A stretch of DNA of 64,000 bases from Balanoglossus misakiensis (Eukaryota; Animalia; Hemichordata), in NCBI GenBank assembly GCA_040954595.2, contig CM082588.2, forward strand, positions 3,060,513-3,124,512. Direction: 5' to 3'. The translations under genes were made by a program, and so were the position numbers. This document shows positions 27,001 through 47,500 of this stretch, in pieces. Numbering within the stretch: the first letter of the stretch is position 1; each line of letters starts with the position of its first letter. A model generated the notes under the pieces. It saw only the letters and a list, made by a program, of their open reading frames with translations, made no database searches and was not told where the DNA came from.

Positions 27001-27719
27001 AATAAGCCATGACTCCTGTGGTTGTTTGTGTGAAAGAGGTGACTGTTATTGTTTCATGTCTATGATACTTCGCGTCTTGTTTTTTAAATTTATTTTAAAT
27101 ACCATGTGCCAGAAACTTTTAAACATGCAAACCCTATATGTATACTGTGAATAGTGCAACATGTGATCATCTCTTGTTTTGACTGTAAATCTCATGTTTA
27201 CTAATAGATGTTGCAGCCATGTTGTTTTCTCTTCTTTACATGCAGCATTCTGTGTTATAAAAACATCAAGATTTGAACATTTAATTCCGAGTTATAAAAT
27301 CATTTACACAGGAATATTGAAAAATGTGAGGGTATGAATATTCGCACTATGCCGGTGGTAGAAAAGCAGCCAAATTTAAATCCAGGCAAGACAATGTATG
27401 CAGTGAGATTTCACCATTTTGTCACCATTTCCTTTACATAAAAGTGGAATCTATCAGGTCTTATGGCCTACCAAGGATTTCTTAACTCAGTCTGTTTGCT
27501 TAGGATTGGTTACAGCTGTAGCACTACACAAACTGACGACATGATAGGGTGTCACACCAACTATCTGTAGATATTTGTGTGGATTACGTGTACTTTCATT
27601 GAATGAGCACAATTTAAATCTCCGTTCAAAATTGTTGCCAAGGTATTGGCATTGCAGACAACTGATATTTTATTCCACGCTTACTTCAAATTGACTGGAT
27701 AAACCCAGACACTCTAATC

Positions 27720-30032
27720 ATGCAAAGGTAAGCACCATGGAAAGTGTAATATATGTGCACAAGTCAAACCGGTCATAGATCATATATTCATCCAAGGCAT
27801 CTTGCATTCATGACATGGTCACACAGGATCTCAATGTATAACTAAAGTTCCTCTGTTCCTCAATATTTAGGTTGTTCATCCGTTTAATCTGTATTGGCTG
27901 TGTTCTCACCGTGTTGGGTTACACACTACAGAAGAAGGCAGGGGTGAACATTTTCCACTATAAGGCGACAATGCACGAACCAGTCATGAAATATGGCAGT
28001 GATGAGCAGCTTAATAACTCACACCAGGTAGGCCTAGTAAGCTTTTTTGTACGTAGTCCATTTAGAGTCAATATGCACCTGGAAAGCTATAGACACAGTA
28101 TTAACCCATGGAGGTACATCCAGAAATCATTTTCTTTTTAATTTTTTTCCACACAGGAAGAAGCTAGTACAACAGACAGTAGGACGGCATCTGTGCAGGT
28201 GATGATGAAGAATAAAACAGTGGTAGATAAAAAATATTCACAGGAAAATGTTCAAGAGATCTCAACCAACTCCCCAAGACGGATCCTAACATCAGATCCA
28301 GCACAGGTGAATAACTCCATTTGTAAGAATATTGGTGTGTATCCATTGAAATTGAAGGCAGGCCAAAAACTGGAAGATACGTCAACAAAATTTGTGATCC
28401 CTCTGTACGGACCTCCAGGTGGACCTAACACGAAGTACTCTCCATTCAGATGGACAGTACAATTCGCAATTCAAAATAAACTTGGTCTAGCAATCCATCG
28501 TTTCAAAACTTATCATTCCAATGTAAATGCGGACAATTTTCTAAAGACGTTCAATGAAACCTATGACCTTGACAAACTTCGCCAGCTACTACCAGTGATA
28601 ACGTTGGAGGAATTTCATGATTTGTGCAAGGGGGAAGTTTCTCCCGGGGGACTTCTGTATCTCCCGAAGAAAAAAAGCGACATCAAAAGTCAAACTTGTG
28701 TAAAAGCCAGGACTGTGGTATGTGGAAAATTGACGTGTTCTAGCAAGACCGGACAGTTAGGTCGCAATGAATGGTTCGAGCAAGAGACTGAACCCTACTA
28801 CCTGAAGATGCCGGACATGCCAACGAGTTATGATGATTACCTCAACCATTTGCAAAACTCAAAGTCAAATGAACCACGATGCTTGGCGTATTGTTTTAGT
28901 GATACACAACTTCCATGTAACGATGAAGTATTGGCACTTCTGGATACATACTTGATCCGCGCACCATACATCCGTCAGATGGCCGACCAGGTGTATGAGA
29001 AAATGTGTGATGGGAATTATGCTGTTGTGCACTGGAGGAACACGAGTGCAGAAGGTTGGAAAGTGTAGGTTTGACACAGTCTGTCTTAGAATAGCAAATA
29101 CTGGAAAGAATCCGTTTTCAAGTCTCACTCTGTATGTGCAAAGATATTCAAGAATGGTTATATACACAGTTATTCTAACAGCGTATAAACTGAGTTAGTC
29201 TTCTAGTGCATCACCATGACATTCTTTCCTTGCAGCTGCCAGCCTCCTACTAAAGAACACGAAATACAGTGTAAGAGAAAAATGGATTCATTTCACCACC
29301 TGATTGAAATAACTGAAGACGCTGCACTGGACATAGAGAAAACACTCAAGTCAGAGAAGGTGTCATGTGTTTATCTTGCCAAGCCTCCCTTTGCACAAGT
29401 ATGTAGTATTGTTATTTCTTCTGTGTTGTGTGAGATTGTTACTTTGACTGAGATTAATATTGTTTTCATTTCACAAGGTCAAATACTGCCATGACCTGCA
29501 GGTGAATACTTGCTTGTCTCAAATGAAGGATGCAAAATTATGGCATTAAACCTTTGAATAGTGTTCAATAAACGAAAGGACATCTTGTGTACATTGTATT
29601 TCCCTGCCTTACCATTCCTCATCTTTGCCTTGCAAGATTATCGAGGAACAACTCCGGAAAACAAGCCTGAAGGTGTACACAGTGGAGGACATGCTAAAAG
29701 TGATTCCAGATTTGCAAAAATACCATGACGACAATTACGTCATCTCACTGGTTGAACAAGAATTGGGTGAAAGTATGTGGCTTCACATTTAAAGTCAGGA
29801 TTTTTATTAGTCCACAAATTATTATCTTCTCCTATTTTGGGTCGTGTATGCCACATTATCATTCTGACCAAAGAACCGTCTCCATTTTCATTTTACAGGA
29901 GCGGAGATATTTTTCAGCTACCGGTCGTCCAGCTGGTCTTTTTACGTGGAATTCACCAGAGACATGCGAGGAAAGAAAACTATAGGCTTATTAGAAAAAT
30001 ATCGCTTTGCAGAAGTTGATTCTGATAAATGA
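27720..30032 (+). CDS. O-fucosyltransferase-family (GT-B, POFUT-like) type II membrane glycosyltransferase, about 501 aa
   Basis: Exons 27720-27727, 27871-28027, 28157-29064, 29236-29398, 29637-29772, 29899-30032 sum to 1506 nt in frame. The N-terminus is a signal-anchor (MQRLFIRLICIGCVLTVLGYTL). O-FucT-type motifs: LYGPPGGPN...LAIHRF, YAVVHWRN, VYLA, and SLVEQELGERAEIFFSYRSSSWS. Confidence 0.72.
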
Positions 30033-31195
30033 GTACTTGTACACAATCGTGATTTTATCATTCACCTTTTCGGTATGTATGGTATAAGGGAATCTGATTT
30101 TGTGGGTTATTGTTAGATTGGTGCATAAATAATATTATGTGTGTTCATTAAATTCTAGAAAAGTAGGTACACCTACAGCTAAATAAGTAATGAGACACGA
30201 TATATTTGAAATTGACGATATTTTTATTTCTCAGCAAAATAGGCAAAAAAAAAAATTAAACATGAAAATGACATAAAACAATTAATAATATCTCACTGAG
30301 CATCCTGTGGCAGTGTTAAAAATGAGCAGGTTCAAAATCTACAAGTATTTCTGCTACAATTACCATTCCAAACACCATTCTCTAATAAATAATTGAATGG
30401 CATAAGGCCACATGGAATACGAATTATTGATCGTGGTTTTATTAGCTTTACGCTGATTTTGTACATTCTGGGAAGTTTCAGACATACTGGTATTTGCAGC
30501 ACCACTATCACTTTACACAGCTGCACAAATGAACTTTCACAATCCCTGTGTAAGTTACAGCAAGTTCTACTTTGATACATTTCGTTCATTTGGCTCCGAG
30601 TGGGAACTCGGCAGTTGTCTCGTTCAGGAACACAAAGGCACTGACTGCAGATGTACATGTATATGTCTATTCCTTGACAGGCATTAAGTACAAAATGCTT
30701 TGCATTTGGTTGAACGAAGTAAGCAAAAAAAAAAAAAAATAGGACAGAACTTTTAGTAAGTTTCATGTTTTTGCGTAAAAAGCAACAAAACATATAAATT
30801 CCAAATTTGGTATAAATTAGTTTAGATATATATTATAAAATTTTCTCTGAAGCCAACATTTCAGTTAGGTTAGATCTTTATAATATAAAATATTTTCATC
30901 TGTCATCTTCTGTGTGGCCAGTAAGAATTTACTGCCCTCTGGTGTTCACCTGCTATTCAGAATATCATGTTGTTCAAAGGCTGTTGTAGTCAAAGATTCA
31001 AAAGAAAGAGACACCATTTCTGGTGAGGTACATTGGTTCTTTTCTTTTAAAAAACAAAAAAGACTGGGATGTCTGGAATCGAGGGAATCCCGGCCGAGTA
31101 CATTCTCTGATAGGGCACCAAGGGTTCAGTTATTTCAAGATGGCGAGTTCGATAAATATTTCAGTGGTTGGTCTTCACAGTCAGCTTCTCCGTCA

Positions 31196-34100
31196 TCAGA
31201 GATCCAGGGCCACTCTGATCAGAGATGCCATATCAGCTGTGTTGTCATCATCTGGTGAGTACAAGAAACATGATTATGTTCAGAAACACCACAGGCTTGG
31301 TTGCAACTATGCGGTCAGTATATGAATTTATTCAGTAAATGAATAATGTTAATGCTAAAAGTGAAAGCCCACGGAGTGTAGGTTACAGTGTGAAGGGGTC
31401 TTGTAACATTGCTTTTGATTGGTCAATTTCTTTGTTGATACACCAAACACATGAACGCTAACCAATCACACCCGACAATCTTGCCTGAAGACTCACCTGA
31501 ATCATTTGTGGTCATTTCTTTTTCCAGATTCAGTTTCCCATTGGCACACCTCAACATGGCCTCCTCGATTGTATTCTCGCTGATCAATCGTATGACACTG
31601 ACATCCCTGCGGGTGAAACAGAAAGATCGAATTCAGACTTGAATTCAAACATTGCTGATTTCTACAAAACAACAAGCAAGACTACATTACCTGGTTTGTC
31701 CCACTCTGTGACATCTGTCCTCAGCTTGTTTATCGTTGTACGGGTTGAAATCAATGTCGTGGAGGATGACTGTATTGGCCGCGGTCAGGTTGATGCCAAG
31801 ACCACCAGCTCTGGTTGACAGCAGGAACACGAATATGCCATCATCATTGTTGTATTTATCGATCAATTCCAACCTGTAATAGTCAAATAGTTGCACTCAG
31901 TGTAAGGACAAACAGTTGGACTTGTGAATACTTGTACAAAAATGCACTTTTCCCAGACTTGGTCGTCGAGCAATAAGTGAAAACTCTCACCTTTCCTGCA
32001 CAGCAATTCGACCATCAAGACGCAGGAATTTGTACTGTTTGACGTTCATGTAGACTTCAATGATGTCTAGCATCATGACGAACTGACTGAAGAGAAGCAC
32101 CCTGTCGCCCTGGAAACAGACAACAAAACAATAATTGTAACTAAGCAACACACAGGTTGGCAGCAGTACTCATACGAACTCTGATATTGATTACAAAGTG
32201 ACTGTAATCTCAAAGTATGTTAATCTTTACTCACGTTTTCCTTTAGTGTAGGCAGTAATTTATCCAGCATTTGGAATTTCCCCGAGTTAAGAATGATGTC
32301 ATCAGAGAGACGGTTGCCACGGATGCGGCTGAAGTTATTGCACAGTTGATGTAATTCAAAATCTGACATCACACTCATGTCTTCAAAGATCAGCTTGGGA
32401 TCAGCATCATGGTGAGTCGGTTCCTAATTATTCAGAAAAAAAGGTTATTTTGCAGTAGTAGTCATCATCAGTCAATGATTTAGTGTAAAAACCAAGTTAC
32501 CCAGCTACAAGCTTATGTCAAAGCATGGAACTTCCCTCTATTACCTTCAACATCAGCTTGGACATCTTCCTCAGCTTACTGTCAGTGTACTGGTGTCTGT
32601 GCAGCAGGGCATGGTTGGCCATTTTCCTCAACTGCATCATGGCCCCGGACAGCTGGCCAGAGTCTCTAGCTCCTTTCAGGGATTGGGATAACGTGAGTAT
32701 GAGGTTGTTGTACTGCTCGCGCTGGCTGGTTGATAAGGGACACTTCTCGATGCGCTCACGCTTCTTGGGAAGTTGCTTCAAGACCTGTGAAGGCAAGACA
32801 AGTCACATCATTTCTACCTCTGTGACACAGATTGGTGGTTCAGCCTTGATGTGTTCGGTGGTCAGTTGGACTGGTCTACTTTGAAGACAGGGGGGTGACA
32901 GCCCCTAAACCATTGTTGGCTTTCTCTCTCAAGAAGCAGTAAATATTGAAAGAGATGTTCAGAAAACAAGAAAAGTCTTCAAGAAGAATGAAAATACTCT
33001 AGACTCTTCTACTTACGTCTTCCTTCACTCTTCGCAACACAAATGGCTGCATGATATGTTTAGCATGGGCTATTCTGTCACGTAGAAAATTACTCTGGTC
33101 TGTATCATTGGAAGCTACTTTCTGCAATCAAGAACAGCACATGAACATTAGAAGTTAAGGAGACATTGCAGAGATAGGGAGTTCAGCTAGGCTAATTTCG
33201 ACATGTGCTAGAGTTTCACCCCCAGTTCCATCTACAGAGGTCCAAGTAAACAATAGATTTGGGCCAACGTGAGTTAACAGTGTGTACACTTACCGACGAA
33301 AACATTCGCTTGAGATGGTCTGTGCTGCCACCAACAATGAAGATGTGAGGCATGACAAACGCCAGCAGAGACATCAACTCCAGCAGGTTGTTCTGCAATG
33401 GTGTTCCAGTCAGTAATAGCCTCCTCTCCGCCTGTGTGTGAAATTCAGGTTTCAGTGATGGTGTTTTGGAAACACAGTATGAACATAGTATGACAAAACT
33501 TCAATTTAAAAATTCATAATGAAGAAGCAAAAAATAATTACGGAAAGTCCATAGTATATTGAACTGGTCGTTGACAGAATTATGCAACTTAACTTCTTAT
33601 TTTTTTCATGGAGTCAAGAAGAAATGGTATACACATACCCTTATTTTCAGCAATCCCTTGTAACGCTGCGAATTCATATTCTTTAACATGTGCGCCTCAT
33701 CCAAGATGAGATACTTGAAGTTCAGTTTCTTCAACAGGTTTTTGTCCTCTGCCGTGCTGACACAAATGTTGTACCTGTGGACGGGAGAGATCAGTAAATG
33801 GGTTCCACGACTTTCCAGGAGTATTTTGATTTGACGAGGACTTCCCTAAGTGGTTTCACATTCCGGGATTATTCATGACAGACCCACAATGGGGGAACTG
33901 TCAAAGTGTCATACTTACGTTGACACCATGATGTTGAACTGTACACTGCCGGCAAAGATGCGAGCTCGTAACATCTTCCTGTCGTCTTGAGATCCAAAAT
34001 ACAGCAAGACTTCAAGGTCGGGGCACCAGTTGTTTATTTCACGTATCCAGTTGTCTAAACATGAGATGGACAAATTATTACTAACAGCGATAGAATGGCA

Positions 34101-37100
34101 GTAGTCTTAAAATTTACTTAGGCATATACTATTGTGCATAATCCTTCAACATCAGCCAATTTCATGTCAAACTTACCCATGGTAGATGAAGGCACCACAA
34201 TGAGAAAGGGTCCGGTAATTCCTATCTCCAGTAAATGAGCCAGAAATGCTATGGCTTGAATTGTCTTTCCCAGACCCTGTCATATAAAAAACCAAGTGAC
34301 CAAAAATTAATATATGACTACATGTATATGACACAAATAATTGATTGGAAAAATTGGCTTAAAAAAAATTATCATGGATGGTTTCCCACTCACCATTTCA
34401 TCAGCAAGAATACCGTTGACTTTTTTTCTGTACAGCAAAACCAACCAGTTGAGACCTATCATCTGGTAAGGTTTTAAAGAAAAGCTGCCAAGAGAAGTAA
34501 ACACAGGAGAATGACTGTTGTGTGTTTAATACCTGGATATTTTGACCTGTAAATAACAGGAACTGCCAAGCTGGAGAACTTGATTCTGCCAGAAATCACC
34601 GTACACTAGGATTTCCGAAAACTCATGATTCCAAGCATGTACAATTCTTCTTACCTTGGATTTAACAGTTTAGGCTGTTCCACCAGTTGGCCTTCAGTGT
34701 CGGAGTCATTACTCCCACCCTCCAGAATCCTGGAGACGATCGTCTGCAGAGCTTCGGATATTTTGCTGCATTTGTTCATCAGTCTCTTCAGCACCTCCCG
34801 CTCCTGCAGAATGGTTTTGCTGTCCCAGATGATGTCGAAGCTCAAACCTTTGATGCTGTCAAATTTATCACACTGTAATTGAACGAAAAAAGAAAAAGTC
34901 ATCAGAGATGGCACAGTCCCTGTAGGTCAAATTGTATTCTGAAGTTTTCAGGGAATAATCAAAAGAGCCGTTAGACGCACTCACCAGGTTATTCCAGGAA
35001 GTGAACGGCCTCCCGCCTCGAATCCTCTGAGATTTCATTTTCGAACACCCGGGTATGGTCTGCAGCTCCTCGATGGTGGCATCGTTGAAAAAGGACAGAA
35101 TCACCTCCTGGCTATCAGCACTGAGTTCCTCCTCATAACTATCATCACTGTCATCATCATCCACGTCGTTCTCACTGTTGCTCCGGTTACCAGCACTATC
35201 CTCCTCCTCCTTCTCCTCTGCCGCATCATCTCCCTTGTTACTAGCCTGCTCTGCCGAGTGTTCACTCTCTCTGTCATCGTTACTTTCTACCTCTAGAACC
35301 CTCATATTCCCTTTGCTACTAGCATTACAATCTTTCTTGGATGTGTCCTCGTCCACCTGATCATCAACATCATCGTCTGCGACTTCAACATCACTACTGT
35401 CTTCATCCTCTTCCTCGTCACTAGAGATGGCTAATGGAATTTTTCTCAACTGAACGTCTTTGGTTTTGGAATGTGATTTCTGTTTATTATTGCTCGCCTT
35501 GGATTGTTTCTGCATTGGGCTCGCACTTTTACTGCCCTTTTTGGATTTGTCCACTTTGAAAGTCTCTGCACTGTCCTGCTGTGGTTGTTCGTCATCCATG
35601 ATGATTATTGGACTGGCTCTTTCCTCTTCTGCAAATAAACAATGGAAGGAATGACCAACCTTGCAATCAGAAAGAATTAAAAATAAAAAAGAATGGCTGA
35701 TTCAATCAAGATCAATGAAATGCCATGACCTACCCTCATCAGCAGAACTGTCCTCATCTAAGATCTTAAGCACCCTGGTAGCCCTGTCAACTGACCAGTC
35801 ATGATTCTCCAATATTCGCTCCAAGTCCTGGTAGGGTGGGCAAGAAAAAAAAGCAGGTTTGTAGTGAATCGATCAGCAGTATGGGATAACCATGATATTA
35901 TTCTAAAGGACTTTCACCCCAAAATGTGGATGTGCAATGTGCTTTTCCAGCAATCATGATGGATTTTCAAAACTGCAGATTGACACTCGGAACTTACATT
36001 GGTGGAATGCTTTGGGAATGAAGCCTTGAGTTGATCAACCAATGAGTCTCTGTTCTGCGAGTCAATGAGAGTCGCGTCAGAGTCCGTTGTGAAGCTGTCT
36101 TGTAACTCTACCGGTTGTTTGCGTGTTCTCTTCTTGGCGGGCTTGATGGACCCACTGCTGTACTCGGTGTTCTCAAACGGTTCGGGTGATACTGATCTCC
36201 TACGTTTCTGACGGTCTGAGAGAAAAGGGTCATGAGATATGGTAGATCGCGATGGTATAAACAAGTACTGCAATATTAACAAACAACATCAGATATGCCA
36301 TAGGGAGACATGCATAAATACTCACTATTTCTTTTGGGCGGATTAAAGATCATCTCCATAGCTTCATCTAAACTACTTGTCTTATTCGCAACATCTTCCA
36401 ACTCTTCCTTAGTACGATCCGGAAATATATCCTGAAGCTGGGCCAGAATCTGCTCCTTCTCTTCCTTGGCATCATTTGTTGCAGCAGTCAAGCCCTCGTT
36501 GTTGGAGCCGTAACCGGACGTTGAACTGCATGGCCTACTGGGTGGCTTTTCTACATCCGTGTCAGACGAGTCGCCCTCACTGCACGATGAATGGATCTGA
36601 AATGTTTGCTTGCTGGATGGCAAAAAAAGGGCAAGAAATGTACATGAATCCCCACATGAAACAAAAGCTTTATAAATATTCTCAAAGTATTGTGACTTCA
36701 TTAGACATCTTTACACAACCAATAAGTTCCACCCTGATTCTCAAACTGCTTACCTTTTATGTATCTTGCTTTTAATGACAGACTTCACTGTGGCTTGTTT
36801 CAGAACACTAGACAAAGTGGCCTTTTCATCTTCGTCTTCATCTCCAGAACTAAAGACATACTTCACTGTCTTTTTCACTCCCCTGCCAGCTGCTTTTCTG
36901 AACACTGGACTTGGACGTTCTGAAGGCGGAGTCTCGGGAATGGTGTCAATGTCTGTGTATGTGAAGTACCACATCGAATGTTCATATGAATAACAATTAT
37001 GATTATCATGTACATGTCATCATTTCAACAGGGAAATAATACGTCACGCGTTATATCCTCTTTATATTTTGACAAAATCTTTGAAATATTCTTTGTTTAA

Positions 37101-37309
37101 CACAAAGGGTTATGCCGATGTGTGTATCTCAACATACCGGGGGGGGGGGGGGTTACATCAGTACATGTACATTTCTCTGAAAGTGACTAACCTGTCGATC
37201 GCGGAGGTGTAGCAAAACGATTCTGCTTTTTACTTCCTCGAAGGCTGCTGTCCGCCGCCTTGCTGTTCGCCAGTCTCCGCTGGTATTTAAACTTTTCAAA
37301 TCGGGACAT
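31196..37309 (-). CDS. SMARCAD1: SNF2-family chromatin remodeller SMARCAD1 (Fun30/Etl1 type)
   Basis: Exon 1 37192-37309 encodes [12 protein letters not shown]. There are two CUE-like segments ([19 protein letters not shown]; [12 protein letters not shown]) and an acidic region at 34985-35630. Helicase motifs: [82 protein letters not shown]. The last exon ends [12 protein letters not shown]-stop at 31196. Confidence 0.95.
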
Positions 37310-37986
37310 TGTTCAGCTCTCTTGGCTAAAACTGTCAACTGAAATCAACCCGTTGTATCTTTCACGAGCAATGACAGCTGAGTTCTGCTGACAGAGCGGT
37401 CTGAGTGTTGAACAAAAAGAAATCGCCGACTTGCATATAATTTTCAAGACAATAAGTATATGTCTCTAACCCTTTCCTGGCAAATGCTTTGGGTAAATAC
37501 TTCGCGAAATATAAACACGAAAAGTTATCACATAAAGTAATTAACCACTGTAAAGCAAATGATTGGTAATGACCCCTGACTTTCGCTAAATTTCCCGCTA
37601 TGTTCCGGTTCTTATACGGCGCATGCCCAAACTTATCCTCAGCCGACAGAAGTGAAAATATACACACAGAAAATAATGTTACGCCTGTTAAAATAGTATT
37701 TAAATCAAAATACGATATTTACATGTTAATTTAATGGTATGATTTTGATCGCATAACACATTTGGTCCTATATACATTCGTCATAAATAGTCTTTTCTTG
37801 CAAATTATTTCTGCTTTGGGATATTTAAATATCTGTCGAGGGTCAAAAGTGTATAAGGTCAAATCAGGTCACAGAGACTCGGTTTCAAAACAAAATGTCT
37901 GCGCGCATGTGAGGTGTGTGTTTATCATTCACCATGGCAATTTGTACCTGTTTTGTGCGTATATTCTGTAATTTCCACAGGTAGCC
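37310..37986. promoter_or_regulatory. Compact bidirectional promoter region between SMARCAD1 and IARS2
   Basis: Divergent start codons at 37309 (-) and 37987 (+). Motifs: E2F-type TTTCCCGC 37591-37598, palindrome TTCGCGAA 37501-37508, inverted CCAAT (ATTGG) 37562-37566, NRF1-like GGCGCATGCCC 37618-37628 and TGCGCGCATGTG 37900-37911. Confidence 0.6.
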
Positions 37987-44123
<6,137 letters not shown>

Positions 44124-44515
44124 CATGGAATGGGAATTAATATATCTGGGAAAAGGATATTTTAAATTAGTACTTGAACCGATTCAAGTTCAGTGTGTTT
44201 TATTTTTTTAGATAGGTGTATGTTTTTCAGGCTTGGGAATTTTACTTGCACATAAAATGCGGGTGGTCACCAAAATCTGAAACACCATCATCTCATTCAG
44301 CTAAAAACGTGGTGACTGTTGTAGAAAATATCAAGATGTGCCCGGTAGAGGGCGCTGTTGCAAATCGTTGCCCAGGTGACAAACAAAACTTCTCAAAGAA
44401 AAGAACGAGGAAAATATAAAAGAATATCTCAAACAAGAAGACAGAGAACTTCGTTTGGTGCAACATTCCATCTTTAATAACTTCCACATGAGGAAAAACA
44501 GCACGGTATTGTCGG

Positions 44516-47500
44516 TCACTCCATCGAATTCATCATAGAAAACAGAAGTAGCAATGAGACGAATATTGTCCAGGCACTTTGCAAATTGACTGAAGTCGAC
44601 GACACGGTTGGTGATTCAAAAACTTGCGGAATGAATTTACTATGGAGGCCGAAGGGCATGATCTCCGGTGAAACAACTCGACCTAGCTCGGTGAAAGTTG
44701 CAGCATCTAACACGACGACCATTCCTATATATAAAATAAATGAAAGTGTATGTTAATAGCTAAGATTAGATATGCAGACAGACACACACAGGCAGGTAGG
44801 CCAGACCGACGGATGGATGGGTGGATTAATTACCCTTTTCTGTGTTGGTATCCATTACGTTCGCGATTACAACGCCGTCATCCTCTGCGTTGGAATCGGG
44901 ACTGGCCACAAAGATTGGTTCGCCGGGCAGGAGGCCGTCAAATGGTCCCCAGTATACAGATTCTCCTGTGTCCACGTTTAACTGTAATATTGATGCACAA
45001 AGCATTCTTAGTCTCTCTGAGTTGTAACTACCAAATGGCAGTTACGATCTCATTCTTCGAGACCGCATAAGTACATTTTGCATTGGCCAACTTAGAGCTT
45101 GGCTATGTATACTGAGAAAATATTCTGTCATGAAAACTTTAATGAAAAGCAATTGTGACGAAATCTTGCCCGTTTTCTTTTGGTGAAAACTTTGATAAAA
45201 CTCTCCAGGGTCTATGGTAAACCGCTCAAGAAGAACGTGTCTACAAGATCTAGCCGTCTTACCTTAATCAGCGAATTAGCGAGAGGATCAAAACCAACCA
45301 TGTATGCGTATGTGTACGGTCTGCCATTGTATGCTTCATAGTTCACTGTAGAAAACTCCAACAGTTCGTGATCACGCGTTGCAAAGAGATCGGTTCTGTC
45401 TTCTAAGGTCCAATCAGACATGTCCACAACAAATCTCTCCACTCTGGTTGTCATACCACGCTGTAACGAACGTTTGTTAAAGTTAAGAATAATGGATATC
45501 AAAGGGTTACTGGATTCAGTTTCATTTCAACATGCAAAATTGCATTAGATTTACTGTCAATTTTTGGTGGTTGAATGCCTTTTTGATGACATTCTAATCA
45601 AGTTTAGCATTATAAAGAACGAACAGCTACTCTTCACTTTTCTAATATTTACCCTTGCATAACTTAAGTGGAAAAAATCTGTCCCACATTACTCACCGGC
45701 CCGGCCATCAATTCATCAATGTAGAAATGCCAATAGACATCACCATGATAAGTTAACATGTCGAGATACATTTTCCCATCTTTTTCATAAGAATTCAACT
45801 GGAAAATGAGAAATGAGTGAAGTTGTATCTAAGTGAGGTAATAATAATCATACATGTTGAAATGCGCAATTCTAAATATCTTGTTCAAATATGTTGAAAA
45901 AGAAATATCAAAGGCATTTTACCTGATGAGTGACAAAGAGACCATCTGGGGTCGAGAACTCCCCGACAACCTCATTGGTTGATCTGCTGATGATGACGAA
46001 ACGAGTGGGCGTGGTCTCGGAAAAGTCAAAGTTTCGCGTGAAAAATGGCTCTTCGGGACCAGCTGGGTCAGACACTGAAAGGCAATGAGGATTTACTGTG
46101 AAGTACTTTCCTACGATAACTTCAGAGGGCAAGGATTCAGTTTCAATTTCCCCAGACTTCAATTAAAGGAATATCCCAGTTCATGCTTACTCCACTGAAA
46201 AATCCAAATTTCTTTCGTTTTTATTTCTAATACAAATGCTTAACAACTTTGGACAAAGTTACTTCTACACACAAAAAAAACACGTAACAACATTCAGCAC
46301 CTACTTACCGAAAAGGCTGCATATGTCAAGCATATAAGTTGAGATAGGCAGAATGAAATAGTTTTCTGTCATAGAAAATGAGTGCATATAACCCCCTCTG
46401 GAATCCATCTCAGGGTATGAACCATTCGGCAAGCATTGGAAAAGATCAAAAGGCCCAGCTTCGTGGAACGAGGCTATCGCGATTCGCTCTTCGTCGACAA
46501 TTTTATAGACAACACGGCTGTGGGTAAAATGAACGGAAGTTGTGGCCAGGTAATCATTATTTCTATGGCGTTATTGAAAACTTGAAACGAATGAACTTTA
46601 CAGACATTAGACGTGTTATTTCAATGCCGATAGAGCAGTCACTACTCTTTTGATAAAAATGCTAACATTCTAGAAAATGGCACAGGTAGATTCGGTTTAT
46701 GGATGAACCATGACAAGATTTTAATCACTTACGTGGCATTTATACTATTGATGTCGCTGACGTCATACATTACTGTTGATCCGTAGACAACGACACCATC
46801 CTCGTCCATATGCTCATGCGCAGGATTGTTCACACTAACCATAAAGGATGGCAGGCCCAGATTGTCATCTTTGAAGGGGTAATAACCTTTAGACTCGAGT
46901 GTGTCTAGATCAAACCAAATTCCTGCAACCAAAGAAAAACGTGAATCACCTTCATACAAATTCGAATACTTCACTTATGACTTCTATGGCAGTGAAAAGA
47001 TCCTGCACATTTGGTTCTAGCATCATCCTATTCTCCTTGCTCTTGTAGCCTTGCTTTCTTGAAGCACAATCTTGATATTCTTGGCACTTACCAGCGATGC
47101 CTTCGGACATGGCTTCCACGTTGTCCCCGATCTTCCAGAAGGCGACGTTTGGGTTCTCCAGTGGATGGTCGTGAAACGCTGACCATTTGTCTTGTTGAGC
47201 TTGGTGCTGAGGAAAGAAAGTTGTCAGTTCTCAAAGACCTTTGATTATGTATACCCTGACTGCCTGTCCTCCTGTCTCTGTGTGTGTTGTATAGTCCAGT
47301 CTATTTGTCCGCAACTGTCGAACTGCAGAACTAGCTCCTCAGATGCATATACATGAAGCAGTTTCAATCTGCAGTTCCAGTTTCACCCCCCTCCCCGATG
47401 ACAAAACGTAAAATCAGATAGGCTCGCCCGCTATGTGACACAAGATCACAACCATTGCATGTGAATTATGCGCATACTAAAATTAATCATTAAAACTACA

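Noticed and set aside
30332-30793. 153-aa minus-strand ORF downstream of SMARCAD1
   Set aside because: It lies in the probable SMARCAD1 3' UTR (minus-strand AATAAA near 30223), runs through a homopolymer tract, and has no domain signature.
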